IMG/VR virus record: IMGVR_UViG_3300047446_000164
Coordinates: 1,868 to 65,867 of that record
Source of the DNA: a virus
Lineage: Duplodnaviria > Caudoviricetes
Reading direction: 5' to 3' (one strand)
DNA length: 64,000 bases
A program made the translations under genes and the position numbers. Below the pieces are notes generated by a model, which saw only the letters and a program-made list of their open reading frames with translations, did not search any database and was not told where the DNA came from. Every line of letters begins with the position of its first letter. Positions within the stretch are counted from its first letter, which is position 1. Below are positions 17,721 through 27,437 of the stretch, piece by piece.

Positions 17721-19076
17721 TTAGCCGCCGATCAGCAGGCCGATGTGACGCGAAGCGACTGCTTTCACGCCCCATGCCAAGTTGACCTCCCAGCGGACCG
17801 AGCGCTTGCCGCGATACAGTGCGAACTCGTAGGTCAGGCCCGAGTACGGATCCGTGATCAGCACCACGTCGTCAGCCGAGTCGCCCCCTTCTGGCATGGC
17901 CGGTGCGCGAGTCGCCAGCTGAATCGCCGAGCGGTGGAAGAACATGTTGCGGGTGGTAGCCGCAATCAGCGTCAGCGCGGTCGCAGCGGCGGGGATGGCC
18001 TTTTGCAGGCCTGGCTCTGCGATGGTGATGGTGCCCCCGTTGGAGACGTCGGCATCGCCGCTGACGATCACGTATTTCTCGGTGTCGCCGGCCACCGTCA
18101 TGATGTCGCCCGAGATCACCGCGCCGGTACCAGCCGAGGCGATGGTGATCACGGTTGCGCCGACAGGATAGCCGGTGGCATTGGTGGTCGCGCCCGCAGC
18201 GGTGCCAGCGGTGACGGATTTCTTCACCTGGCCAGAGTTGTGCAGGTCGAAGCCTTCCACCGAACCCAGAGCGCCCCGGCGCAGCAGATCGTCGTTGCCG
18301 GCTTCGTTCACCTTGAACAGACCCGATTGCTTGCCGCGAATGTTCGCCACGGCCGACGAGCCGAGCACCATGTGCAGGTCGGATTGAGGAACGCCGTTAT
18401 CGTCCAGGATCTTGCGGCTCTGGGCGAAGTCGCTCAGGTCGGTGGCGACACCAAACGGCGTGGTGCCTGCGGTGCCATAGGCACGGGAAGCGTAGATGTG
18501 CAGCGCGGCCAAGTCGGTCTCGACCTCGTTGGTCAGCGTGCGGAAGGCCTGGACGATGCTATCGCGGTTGATCGTGCCCAGCGTGCCAGCACTTTGCAGG
18601 CCGCGCGTTTCTTCGCCGGTGATACCGAACGGAACGGAGCGGGCCTTCGAAATGGTCATCTGGACGTTGCCGATAGGACGGTCCGGTGCCATTTGTGCGT
18701 AAGCCGCCGCCACCAGGTCTTCAGCTGGCAGTGCGCCGACGACTGGCGACATCACTACTTGGCCGACAGCGGCGCGTTCAGCGGTCGAATCTCGGGATAC
18801 GGCAGGAATGAAGCCGACCAGCTCGCGCGAGACGGTGTCCATGGCTTCATAGATGGTCGGGATCAGACCGTTCAGGGTCAGGATGCCCAGCTGCATACCC
18901 GTCGCGGACATGTGGTTCTGCAGGTGTGCACGCGCGATCTCGGCGAATGCCTTGCCATAGAGCTCGATTTTGCGCGCGGCCGGCTTGCCGATGCCGGTCA
19001 CATCGGCGAACAGGTCGACCACAGGGGCCAGCGCCAGCGCCAGCACTGCGGCGACGGCGAACATAATCATTTTCAT
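17721..19076 (-). CDS. Major capsid protein (P22 coat-like)
   Basis: LIPTIYEAMDTVSRELVGFIP and C-terminal AWGVKAV; GAAAGG RBS at 19076. Confidence 0.88.
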   Translation of the reverse strand: MKMIMFAVAAVLALALAPVVDLFADVTGIGKPAARKIELYGKAFAEIARAHLQNHMSATGMQLGILTLNGLIPTIYEAMDTVSRELVGFIPAVSRDSTAERAAVGQVVMSPVVGALPAEDLVAAAYAQMAPDRPIGNVQMTISKARSVPFGITGEETRGLQSAGTLGTINRDSIVQAFRTLTNEVETDLAALHIYASRAYGTAGTTPFGVATDLSDFAQSRKILDDNGVPQSDLHMVLGSSAVANIRGKQSGLFKVNEAGNDDLLRRGALGSVEGFDLHNSGQVKKSVTAGTAAGATTNATGYPVGATVITIASAGTGAVISGDIMTVAGDTEKYVIVSGDADVSNGGTITIAEPGLQKAIPAAATALTLIAATTRNMFFHRSAIQLATRAPAMPEGGDSADDVVLITDPYSGLTYEFALYRGKRSVRWEVNLAWGVKAVASRHIGLLIGG

Positions 19077-19188
19077 GGTATTGCCTTTCAGTTTAGTGGT
19101 TTGGGGTTCACAGCAGACAGGCCATCCAGCCCAAAGCACCGACTTGCCCATCCAGGCGCCGGCTAAGGAATTGCAGTGTTACGGATAC

Positions 19189-19212
19189 AAAAAAGCCCGC
19201 ACGCGGCGGGCA
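19189..19212 (-). terminator. Rho-independent terminator, same hairpin as 17195
   Basis: GCCCGCCGCGTGCGGGCTTTTTT. Confidence 0.75.
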
Positions 19213-19233
19213 TGGTGAAGTCGTTGTAGTGGA

Positions 19234-20028
19234 TCAGTCGCTGATGGTGGCGCCGCCCTTCATGGCAGCAGCGCGCGATGCACCGTCCATGGCATCGAAC
19301 TGCGCGCGGCTGATGGACTTTGCGCCGCCCGCGCCACCACTGCCGCCGGAGGCGCCGCCGCCCGAAGCGCCGGAGCCCTTCAAGATCTTGTCTTTGTTTG
19401 GATACTGACTGACCATCACCTGGATTGCCTCGTCGAAGTCGGCGTGATTGCCGTGGTTGGTGGCGGAAAAAATCGGATTGCCGTTGGAGTCCAGCGGAAC
19501 CAGTTTGCCGCTTTCCACTTTGAAGCGGTCGCCGAAGACCTTCTGCGCGATGTCGGCAGGAATAGCCAGCTTGTCGGCGATGAATTTCGAGCCGGTGAAG
19601 CTGCCGCCGACGATGTGGTTGTTCAGGTCTTGGGTCAATTTGGTGTTCTGCTCGGTCAGCTCGCGCTGCTTTTCTTCGGCCGCGCGCGTGGCGGCGGCGA
19701 CGGCTTCATTCGCCGAGCGCGTGGCAGCATCCTTAATCTCCTGCACTTTGGCGGCAGTCGTCAGGTCACCCGTTTTGATATTCGCCATGGTCTGCAGCGC
19801 TTCAGCGGCGGCAGCGGCATCGGTGATACCAGCGTCCTTGAATGGCTTCAGGGCGGCTTCGGCAGCCTCTTTGGCCTGGCGGTGGCTCATGGCCTCGCCG
19901 TTCAGGCTGGAAATCTTCGCTACGGTGGCAGCGGCGTCATGTGCGACCTCGCGGCCGTCGTCCAGGATGTAGACCGGCTTGCCGTCTTGCAGCACTGCAT
20001 TGCCATTTGCGTCGAGTTTCAGTTTCAT
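19234..20028 (-). CDS. Capsid scaffolding protein (DUF6651-like)
   Basis: MKLKLDANGNAVLQDGKPVY, coiled coil, Gly-rich tail, upstream of the capsid gene. Confidence 0.8.
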   Translation of the reverse strand: MKLKLDANGNAVLQDGKPVYILDDGREVAHDAAATVAKISSLNGEAMSHRQAKEAAEAALKPFKDAGITDAAAAAEALQTMANIKTGDLTTAAKVQEIKDAATRSANEAVAAATRAAEEKQRELTEQNTKLTQDLNNHIVGGSFTGSKFIADKLAIPADIAQKVFGDRFKVESGKLVPLDSNGNPIFSATNHGNHADFDEAIQVMVSQYPNKDKILKGSGASGGGASGGSGGAGGAKSISRAQFDAMDGASRAAAMKGGATISD

Positions 20029-20102
20029 TTTGAGAGCTTTCCGGGCATCCGCCCTATCGATGGCCTTCCGGCCGTGCACCGCGTCGCGTCCGCTTGCGGC
20101 AT

Positions 20103-20128
20103 AAAAAAAACCGCCTCGAGGGCGGTCT
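20103..20128 (-). terminator. Rho-independent terminator (a second one at about 20146-20167)
   Basis: ACCGCCCTCGAGGCGGT followed by a T run. Confidence 0.7.
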
Positions 20129-20170
20129 GGTAAATATGTGGGCGTAAAAAAAACCGCGCAGCGGGCTAAA

Positions 20171-20443
20171 TTAATAATCTGTTGGGAGCGCGACCGTGAT
20201 GTTCCACAAGTCTTCCGAATCACCCCGAGCCGATGCTGCTACTACGGCATCGAGGCTACGCCCGTCGATTGTGATCGGCACTGTGAAAGGGGTGTCGTCA
20301 GCCAAACACCGCATTGCGGCGACGGTTGCTCCGGTAACCTTATTGACTTCGAACAAAAATCCCGCACTAGTAAGTAAAGCTCGTCCATCGTAGGGTTTCA
20401 ATAACGGACTAGGCCAGTCGACGGTGAGCGCAAAGCTCATCAT
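20171..20443 (-). CDS. Hypothetical protein
   Basis: 90-aa ORF coupled to the upstream gene. Confidence 0.5.
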   Translation of the reverse strand: MMSFALTVDWPSPLLKPYDGRALLTSAGFLFEVNKVTGATVAAMRCLADDTPFTVPITIDGRSLDAVVAASARGDSEDLWNITVALPTDY

Positions 20444-20673
20444 CCCACTACCACTCGTTCGCCCTTAGGCGCGCCATCAGTAAGGATGAAGTGCGCTGCC
20501 TGCTCACCGTGCGCCACCAGGTTGATCTTCCGGATCGGCGCACCACCGGGAAGCTTGACGCCGGCGCCGCCCATGCCAGCAGCCTGAAGCTGCGCGAGCG
20601 CGGCGGCCAGGCCGTCGACCGTGAGGTCTGTCGGCAGCGGCGCGGTCAGAAGGGATTTGGCATCGAATGTCAT
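20440..20673 (-). CDS. Hypothetical protein
   Basis: 77-aa ORF within the operon. Confidence 0.55.
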   Translation of the reverse strand: MTFDAKSLLTAPLPTDLTVDGLAAALAQLQAAGMGGAGVKLPGGAPIRKINLVAHGEQAAHFILTDGAPKGERVVVG

Positions 20674-20688
20674 GCGCCAAATTCTACA

Positions 20689-21837
20689 TCAGTTCGCGTA
20701 CTCCGCCTTGAGCTGCGATAGCTTCAACGGCCGGCCGGACACGTCGACCAGCTCACGCTGCGTCAGCTTGCCGGCGCGGAACAGCTCCGCCCTGCCCTTG
20801 CCCAGCGTTTCGTCCTGATACTCCGGCCCCATCATCTTGAGGAAGTCGGCGAAGGTGGACTTCGCGCTGATCGGGCCGGCGGCCGAGGCGCGCTGGCCAG
20901 GTTCAGGCTCGTCCATATCGATGCCCATTTCGCGCAGGGTCTTCATCAGCGCAATCTCGGCGCTGCGGCAGTTCCAGTGGCGCGGCACGCCGCCGTTCCA
21001 AGGTAGATCGTTGCCGTTGATCGGCTCGTATTCCCAGTTCCAGCAGGCGCCGCTGTATGCGATGCACGTCAGGCTGGTGTGGCTATCCAACGTGCTCACC
21101 TGCATGAAGCCGTTGGTCACATCCTTGTTCAGTTCCAACGTCGCACGGCGCGCAGCGGCGGAGACCGTAGCCATGCTCGTCTGCACGATCGCCGCGGCGT
21201 TTTTCTTCGCCAGCGGCATGACGCCTGGGGCGCCCGGCCGAATCTCCGGTGCCGGCGCCTTCGCGGTCGGTGCGGCCACGGCCGGCACAACCTTGGCCTC
21301 TTCGCCGACGATCCGCTTGATGATCTGGGCGTTCGTCTCGCCCTGGGCGGCGCCGATCCGAATCTGGGTCGCCACCTTGAACTGGGTGTCCTGCTGCTGG
21401 CGGAACCACCAGTTCTTGGCCGGCGAACCCTGGATCAGCACGTCGCTGACCAGCTTCTTCAGGTAGGTCTCGGACGGCACGCTCAAGCCCAGGCGGATCT
21501 CGGAGCTGATGCGGCCCGGGGCCGCGCGCTCGATCACGGTCGCCAGCGCCTTGCGGACGCCCAGCGATTCGACCTCGGCCACACCGAATAGGTCCATCTG
21601 CACCAGCGCCTTGCCGTAGTAACTGGCGATCAGGTCGTTCGATTCGCGCAGCAGCGCGGCCTTGGCCTGCTTACCCATCACCGACAGCTCGCCGGCGTTG
21701 GCCAGCACGCTGACCAGGTCCTTCTGCATCAGCACCAGCAGGGCCAGCACCTTCGCCTTGACCTCCGCCTCGGCGCGCAGCATCTTGATGCCGTTGCCGA
21801 GCAGTACCTCCAGCAGCCACTGTTCGAGGGCGCTCAT
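20689..21837 (-). CDS. Minor head protein (SPP1 gp7/Mu F-like)
   Basis: STLDSHTSLTC...PRHWNCRS motif; follows the portal. Confidence 0.88.
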   Translation of the reverse strand: MSALEQWLLEVLLGNGIKMLRAEAEVKAKVLALLVLMQKDLVSVLANAGELSVMGKQAKAALLRESNDLIASYYGKALVQMDLFGVAEVESLGVRKALATVIERAAPGRISSEIRLGLSVPSETYLKKLVSDVLIQGSPAKNWWFRQQQDTQFKVATQIRIGAAQGETNAQIIKRIVGEEAKVVPAVAAPTAKAPAPEIRPGAPGVMPLAKKNAAAIVQTSMATVSAAARRATLELNKDVTNGFMQVSTLDSHTSLTCIAYSGACWNWEYEPINGNDLPWNGGVPRHWNCRSAEIALMKTLREMGIDMDEPEPGQRASAAGPISAKSTFADFLKMMGPEYQDETLGKGRAELFRAGKLTQRELVDVSGRPLKLSQLKAEYAN

Positions 21838-23279
21838 TATTCAGTCGCAGGCGCTGGCGTCGGTGCGGGTGCCGGCGGTTGCGCGCCTGGCATCGGCACG
21901 TCGAACGTCGGCGCTTCCAGTTCCAGTTTCGCTTGCACGTCTTTCCACACCTTGTCCGGATTGATGATGCCATAGCGCTGCATCTCTTCGAAGGCGGATT
22001 CCTTGTCGAGCAGGCCGTTGCTCACCAACTGGATCAGCGCCAGCACGAATGGCCCGGCCGTGGACAGGATCGCGTCGGACGAGAAGTCGTCGTAAATATC
22101 GACCGCGCCCTTGTATTCGAGGTTCATCCAGCGGTGCATCATGTCGAGCGCGTTGTCGAGCGTGTCTTCCTCCGACTGCACCATCCGCGACAGCTGGCAC
22201 TTGGCCTCGCTGTCCTCGATGTTGTTCTGCGTCGCGGTGCTGGCTACCTGCGTTTCTACCAGCAGCTCGCCGCCCATGGCACGCATCTGGTTTTCCAGAT
22301 CCTGCAGCGATTCGCGCCCAGCAGATATTGCGGCGCCGGTGTGCTCGACGTACTTCGCCTCGGCGCCCATCGGTAGCCGCAAAAACGACTTGGCGCCGAT
22401 CTCGACCTTGTCGTCTTCCGTCAGGCCGCTGATCGACAGGATCGGAACGCGCGCGGTGTGCAAAATGCTGTCCTGGTCGCTGGATGACTGCCAGTGCTTG
22501 ATGTTCAGGTCGGCCAGGTCCAGCAGCGGCGGCACGGCGGTCATAAAGCCGGTGCGCTTCGTGTAGAACGTGACGAGCGGGATAAAGTCGATCGAGGTCG
22601 GGCCCTCTTCGAACAATGCCCATTCGCCCTTCTTCTGCTTGTCCTCGCGGTAGGTTGCCCAGGCGCCCGGGATCAACACGCGCACCTGCGGCACCGATTT
22701 GACGCCAAATGGGCCGTCATCCTCCTCGATGCACTCCATCATGCGCAGCATGGTCAGCCGCTCCACGCCGTCCGCGCCCTTCTGGCTGCGCCAGCCCAGC
22801 ACCTGGCCGGGCTTGACGTGGATCATGTACGGGCGCAGGCCGGCCGCCTTCTCGTCCGCCTTGGTGATGTACTTCTGGCGCCCCTCGGCGTCTACGGTCG
22901 ACGGCATATCGACCAGGATGTGGGTCAACCCCTTTGCCATGCCCTCGGTGAACACGCTGTGCGCGAACACGGTCAGGTTGTTGCCGCTCAGATCGATGTT
23001 TTCCAACCACTCCGCGGCGGCCGGGTCGATGTCGGTGGAGGTGATCGCCTCAGCGAATGGCTTCGCGGCCATGTTCTCCAGCGTGCGGCCTAGGCCGTTG
23101 AACAGCGTCGACGTCGCCAGGCGGTAGTCGTAGCTCTCCTGGTCTTCCGCCGGGAACTTCGGCAGGTACTTGACGCCGGCGGCGCGCATCGCCTTCGTGC
23201 CGCCGACCAGCGCATCGATCTTCGCCCAGTCTTCCTGCATTGCCGCGACCGCAGCTGAAATATCATTGACCTTGGCCAT
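21837..23279 (-). CDS. Portal protein (DUF4055-like)
   Basis: GGTKAMRAAG..YLP..E; PPLLDLADLNIKHWQ; follows TerL. Confidence 0.88.
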   Translation of the reverse strand: MAKVNDISAAVAAMQEDWAKIDALVGGTKAMRAAGVKYLPKFPAEDQESYDYRLATSTLFNGLGRTLENMAAKPFAEAITSTDIDPAAAEWLENIDLSGNNLTVFAHSVFTEGMAKGLTHILVDMPSTVDAEGRQKYITKADEKAAGLRPYMIHVKPGQVLGWRSQKGADGVERLTMLRMMECIEEDDGPFGVKSVPQVRVLIPGAWATYREDKQKKGEWALFEEGPTSIDFIPLVTFYTKRTGFMTAVPPLLDLADLNIKHWQSSSDQDSILHTARVPILSISGLTEDDKVEIGAKSFLRLPMGAEAKYVEHTGAAISAGRESLQDLENQMRAMGGELLVETQVASTATQNNIEDSEAKCQLSRMVQSEEDTLDNALDMMHRWMNLEYKGAVDIYDDFSSDAILSTAGPFVLALIQLVSNGLLDKESAFEEMQRYGIINPDKVWKDVQAKLELEAPTFDVPMPGAQPPAPAPTPAPATE

Positions 23280-23291
23280 GGCTTCCTTGCT

Positions 23292-24611
23292 TTAAATTCT
23301 GAGCGGCGCGGACGATGCCGACCGCTTCGTGACTGGCCAGCGCTTCGTGATGAAATAGCCGCCGGCGTCATTACCGTGGTCGAATCCACCCTTTTTATCG
23401 GGTTCGCCCTTGTCGTTGTAGATCTGGCGCTCGAGGCCAATCGTGTACTTCGGGCATTTCGTGGTGTTCACCAGCATTCGGCGCTGGTCGTAGGTGTTGC
23501 ACAGCATCGCGTTCACGCTGTTGATCCGGTCCTTGACTGCCGGATTGGTGGTGTCCACTACCACTGTGAACTTCGCGGCGCGCAGCAGCGTCAGGTCGGA
23601 CTCGCTCGCGCCGCTGGACTTCCGGTTTTGGCCCGAGGCATCTGGGTACACCGCGATGGCATGCTGCTGGCCGGCCTGCTCGTACCGCTCCTTGATCTTC
23701 TTGATCATGGCAGGCGTATCGAACACCTCCATGAATTCGTCCACCGCTCGCGGTAAGTCGTCGCGGATGACGAACACCACGGCAGCCATGTGCGCCACAT
23801 TGAAGTCCATGCCGATGTGCAGCGCGTCGCCCGGCTTGACCGTGTCGTCGGTGTGGCTCTTGCGCCGGTCGAAGCAGTAGTAGACGACGCCCTGATAGTT
23901 CTCGAAGCTGGCCAGATACTCCTGGCGGAACGTGCGCGGGTCCATCTTGCGCCGCGCGGCCTCGATTTCTTCCGCTGGAACGTTGCCGCCGTCCACCGAG
24001 GTGTAAAGCCAGCTCTTGTGGTCCGGTTCGCGGCCCTGGCCATCCAGATAACTGTCGTAGCAGTGGTTGAAGCCCTTCGGCGTGCCGATCCGCAGCGCGT
24101 GGCCGCCGACCCGCTGCTCGCCGTCAATCTCATACTTGCAGGTCGACAGCATCGGGCGAAGCACTTCTTCCCACGCCTCGTATGGGCAGTCCGCCCATTC
24201 GTCCACCAGCACGAAGAACAGGCCCGAGCCGCGCAGGTTGTCGTAGGAGTCCAGACCAACGATCCGTACCACATGGCCGGCCTTCGTCGTAATCGAGCAC
24301 TCGGTCTCGTTCGGCTTACTCGCGCGCCAGCTGGCCGGGATCGCCTGCTTCAGGCGGCGCCAGAAAACGCGCTTCGCCTGTTTGAAGGTCGGCGCGCCGT
24401 ACCAGATCTCGTCCTCGACGCTGACATTCCACTTGGCGGCTAGGCGCACCGCGCGTCGAATCTCTGCCTTGCCGAGGAACGTCTTACCGAAGCGCCGGCC
24501 GCACACCGCGTCACGGAAGCGCGCCTTCTTCTGGTATCCCCAGCAGTAGATATTCGCCTGCTTCGGTGTCAGCTTTACCGGCGGATCAGAGTATGGGCTG
24601 GTCTGGGACAT
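23292..24611 (-). CDS. terL: Terminase large subunit
   Basis: Walker A GRRFGKT, Walker B VLVDE, GTPKG, nuclease GMDFN and DHGNDA. Confidence 0.95.
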   Translation of the reverse strand: MSQTSPYSDPPVKLTPKQANIYCWGYQKKARFRDAVCGRRFGKTFLGKAEIRRAVRLAAKWNVSVEDEIWYGAPTFKQAKRVFWRRLKQAIPASWRASKPNETECSITTKAGHVVRIVGLDSYDNLRGSGLFFVLVDEWADCPYEAWEEVLRPMLSTCKYEIDGEQRVGGHALRIGTPKGFNHCYDSYLDGQGREPDHKSWLYTSVDGGNVPAEEIEAARRKMDPRTFRQEYLASFENYQGVVYYCFDRRKSHTDDTVKPGDALHIGMDFNVAHMAAVVFVIRDDLPRAVDEFMEVFDTPAMIKKIKERYEQAGQQHAIAVYPDASGQNRKSSGASESDLTLLRAAKFTVVVDTTNPAVKDRINSVNAMLCNTYDQRRMLVNTTKCPKYTIGLERQIYNDKGEPDKKGGFDHGNDAGGYFITKRWPVTKRSASSAPLRI

Positions 24612-25065
24612 CTTCGTCAGGTTTCAGCACGTACTCAGGCGCGGCAGGAATGCCGCCTTCATTAGTACCGACCGGCGCTTTCGGCGCATCCAATCGGCGG
24701 TTCACATAGACGTCGCCCACTTCCTTGGCGGCCTGCTCAATGATCTGCAACGCCAGCGGCAAGTTGCCTTTCGACTCAGCGCGGTCGGCCATCCGATCCA
24801 TCATGCGCAGCCGCGCAGCGCGGTTGGCAATGCCGATCTCAGCCGTCTCCTCGCGGAACCGCTTGCGCGTGTCCTCGAACAGTGTGCGCCACTTGATGTT
24901 CAGCGTCCGGCCGGCGTACTTCGTCGGGTCGTAGGTTTCCACCTGCTGGCGGGTGACGTCGAGCCGGAATTCTTCCTTGACTTGAGCCGCAACCTGCGAC
25001 GGCTTGTCGAAGCACGCCAGCGCCTGCACGATGAAGGCTTTAACGTCATCCTTGAGTGCCGCCAT
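24586..25065 (-). CDS. terS: Terminase small subunit (DUF2280-like)
   Basis: KAFIVQALACFDKPSQVA...YDPTK; upstream of TerL. Confidence 0.85.
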   Translation of the reverse strand: MAALKDDVKAFIVQALACFDKPSQVAAQVKEEFRLDVTRQQVETYDPTKYAGRTLNIKWRTLFEDTRKRFREETAEIGIANRAARLRMMDRMADRAESKGNLPLALQIIEQAAKEVGDVYVNRRLDAPKAPVGTNEGGIPAAPEYVLKPDEDVPDQPIL

Positions 25066-25097
25066 GGGAGTTGCCTTCCGTCAAGGGGCCGTCAATG

Positions 25098-25742
25098 TCA
25101 AGCCGCCTTCAGCAGACAGGTACCGCACGCCCTCGCTATGTTGATCTTTGCCACCTCTGGGGCGGCGTTTGCAGCGGCAACCAGCTGAGCCAGCGTGCCT
25201 TCGGGGTGGCCGACACCGTAGCGGCGGACCACGCCGACAAACTCCTCGACGTCGTGGCCGCGAATGAACAGCTTGGGCATGCCGTCCTTGGTGAAGGCCG
25301 GGCTACCGAAGTCGTCCTGCTCCTGACCGATGTGGTAAAGCTCGTGCTCCACCAGCGCGCAGAACTCGGCGTCGCTGCAGGTCAGGCAGTAGCTGGCGTC
25401 CAGGGTGATCAAGTAATCAGGCACCATGCCGAACCAGTCGGCCATCTGCTGTTGCTGGCGCCCCTTCTGCCACGGTCCGCAACGGAACAGCATCTCTTCG
25501 CACTGGCCGATCACCGTGCGGCCCTGCTTGTTGAAGCCGCCCGGCGCCCACAGAAACTGGACGTCGGCATATTCGAGGTGGGCGTGGTCGGGATTGTGCA
25601 GTTGGCCGCCCTCGGTGAGGATCTCGGCCCGCGCCCACTTGAGCACCTCGGGTGCGGGTGCGTATCGCGCCGACAGCAGGTCGGTGAAGCTTTCCGGCGG
25701 CAGTGGGCGGGACTGCCCGGGCGCGGCCGGCTTTTTCGCCAT
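25098..25742 (-). CDS. Putative phage metallopeptidase
   Basis: HELYH zinc motif and HDVEEF. Confidence 0.8.
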   Translation of the reverse strand: MAKKPAAPGQSRPLPPESFTDLLSARYAPAPEVLKWARAEILTEGGQLHNPDHAHLEYADVQFLWAPGGFNKQGRTVIGQCEEMLFRCGPWQKGRQQQQMADWFGMVPDYLITLDASYCLTCSDAEFCALVEHELYHIGQEQDDFGSPAFTKDGMPKLFIRGHDVEEFVGVVRRYGVGHPEGTLAQLVAAANAAPEVAKINIARACGTCLLKAA

Positions 25743-25987
25743 TACAGCGGGTCAACCGCCAGCATAACCGGCGGCATCGTCACGCCCAGCACCGTCAACC
25801 CGATCGACCCGCCGGCGGCTAGCATGGCCAGCTCGTTCTCGGACGGCTTCCAGTAGCTGACCACGGCGGGCATGCCCTCCACCTCGATGCGGGTGATCGG
25901 CAGGGCGTCGCACGGCAACTGCGCCTGGTCCCAATCCTTGGGTGCGCCCAGCACTGCATTGTTCGTGTGGTGCTGGTGCTTGTTCAT
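25742..25987 (-). CDS. Hypothetical protein
   Basis: MNKHQHHTNNAVLGAP..., with RBS and coupled stop/start. Confidence 0.7.
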   Translation of the reverse strand: MNKHQHHTNNAVLGAPKDWDQAQLPCDALPITRIEVEGMPAVVSYWKPSENELAMLAAGGSIGLTVLGVTMPPVMLAVDPL

Positions 25988-26254
25988 AGCGTTCTTTCTG
26001 GTTGTCGCTGCCCGCTCCAGGCTGGAACCGCCGGCGCGAAGATCTGCACACGGCGGCCGGACCCACCCGGTCATGCTTCGTCAGCGACTGCGCCCGCTTT
26101 TCAAGCCCGCCCGCTGGAGCGCGATGGACGGCGACGTTTAACACCGAGTCAATATCGGTTCATGCCCGTCGCACACTTAATACTGCACGCTGACAAGCAC
26201 TATTTTTTGCGCTAACATTTAATTGCAAATTTACATTTATTTCGGGAGAGCGAA

Positions 26255-26515
26255 ATGCTGAATCTCGCGGAAATCGAGCGCAAAATGCTGCAGGCAAACG
26301 ATGCGCTAACGACCGATCCCCAGGGTGCAGAAACACTGCGCGGCCTGACTGTAGATGAATCGCAGTTTGTCCTAGCCGTGGAGAGAACGGCGGACCAAAA
26401 TGTCGGCGCGGCAGAATCGATGGCTTACCGACAGTTGCGAAACCTACATGCGGCGTCGCGCCAAATGAACGCAATCCAGCTTCGCGCTCGACGACCCAAA
26501 CTCACCGACAAATAA
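26255..26515 (+). CDS. Hypothetical moron protein (paralog A1)
   Basis: GGAGA RBS; similar to the next ORF. Confidence 0.7.
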   Translation: MLNLAEIERKMLQANDALTTDPQGAETLRGLTVDESQFVLAVERTADQNVGAAESMAYRQLRNLHAASRQMNAIQLRARRPKLTDK

Positions 26516-26648
26516 CTTCTGTTGACGTATTCTCGCTTTGCGACACTGTCTTGATCGGCCACAACCATGGTTGCTCAGCCGTAGTGTGCTGCACACGCCT
26601 ACCACCGGGCTTAAAATTCGCGATACGGCAACGGCAAGCGAGGCGGAA

Positions 26649-26903
26649 ATGCTTAACCTAAACGACGGGCAACGCAGCGAACTTCTTCTGCGTGGAGCGC
26701 TAACGGTCGACGAAGACGGCGATGAGGTCCTGCTAGGCCTTACTCTCGCCGAGTCGCACTTTTTTCTAACGTTTGAGGAGCACCCGGTAGAGACTCACGC
26801 CACAGGCGAAACAGTTCTGTACTATCAACTGAAGCACAAACACTTAGCAGCACGCAGCGCGGCGCTTCTCGGACCAGCTGAAAGAGCGCAAGCTCCCGGC
26901 TGA
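26649..26903 (+). CDS. Hypothetical moron protein (paralog A2)
   Basis: GAGG RBS; shares MLNL...ALT.D..G.E.L.GLT..ES.F with A1. Confidence 0.7.
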   Translation: MLNLNDGQRSELLLRGALTVDEDGDEVLLGLTLAESHFFLTFEEHPVETHATGETVLYYQLKHKHLAARSAALLGPAERAQAPG

Positions 26904-27050
26904 CTGGCCCAGACGTCTTCTCCGCCCATCTCTTGTTGTCTATTCATGAGTGACGACCCGGCTTTATCCTACCAGGTGGCGAGAAGCGCGCTTACGGGTA
27001 GGCGAATTCGGTGCAAATAAAATCCTTCCATGTTACGGAGGGATTTACCT

Positions 27051-27422
27051 ATGGTTGAAGCTCGACAAGTCCGAGTGCTTATCGTCGACGATAACAGAGA
27101 CGCAGCAGACCTTTTGTCGGATTTTTTCTTACTGCACGGCTACATGACTGAAATCGAGTATGACGGCTTCGCGGGTCTGTCGGCTGTGCTCGCCTTCGCA
27201 CCGAACGTTGTTTTTCTTGACTTAGGCATGCCTGAACTTGATGGGTTCGAGACGGCACGGCAGATCCGTAGGCTAACGAGCATTCAACAGCCAAGATTGG
27301 TAGCATTTAGCGCTTGGGGCGATGAATACACTAGGGCGAAGACCAAAGAAGCCGGCTTTGATGCGCATGTGGTCAAGCCTTCAGACCTCAATATTTTGCT
27401 CGCCGAAATCGAGCGCCGATAG
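27051..27422 (+). CDS. Single-domain response regulator (REC)
   Basis: IVDDN, FLDLGMPELDG, FSAW, VVKP. Confidence 0.92.
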   Translation: MVEARQVRVLIVDDNRDAADLLSDFFLLHGYMTEIEYDGFAGLSAVLAFAPNVVFLDLGMPELDGFETARQIRRLTSIQQPRLVAFSAWGDEYTRAKTKEAGFDAHVVKPSDLNILLAEIERR

Positions 27423-27437
27423 CAGAGGCGCCCAGAG

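Noticed and set aside
17745-19166. Long antisense ORFs (also 308-1516, 7135-8043, 53580-54860 and others)
   Set aside because: Shadow frames of high-GC3 genes, with no motifs or RBS
17195-19211. 22-bp direct repeat as att or mobile element ends
   Set aside because: Both copies are simply the same terminator hairpin
26070-26110. Hammerhead-like CTGACGA and GAAA on the minus strand
   Set aside because: Stem II pairs poorly and the spacing is too short for stems I and III
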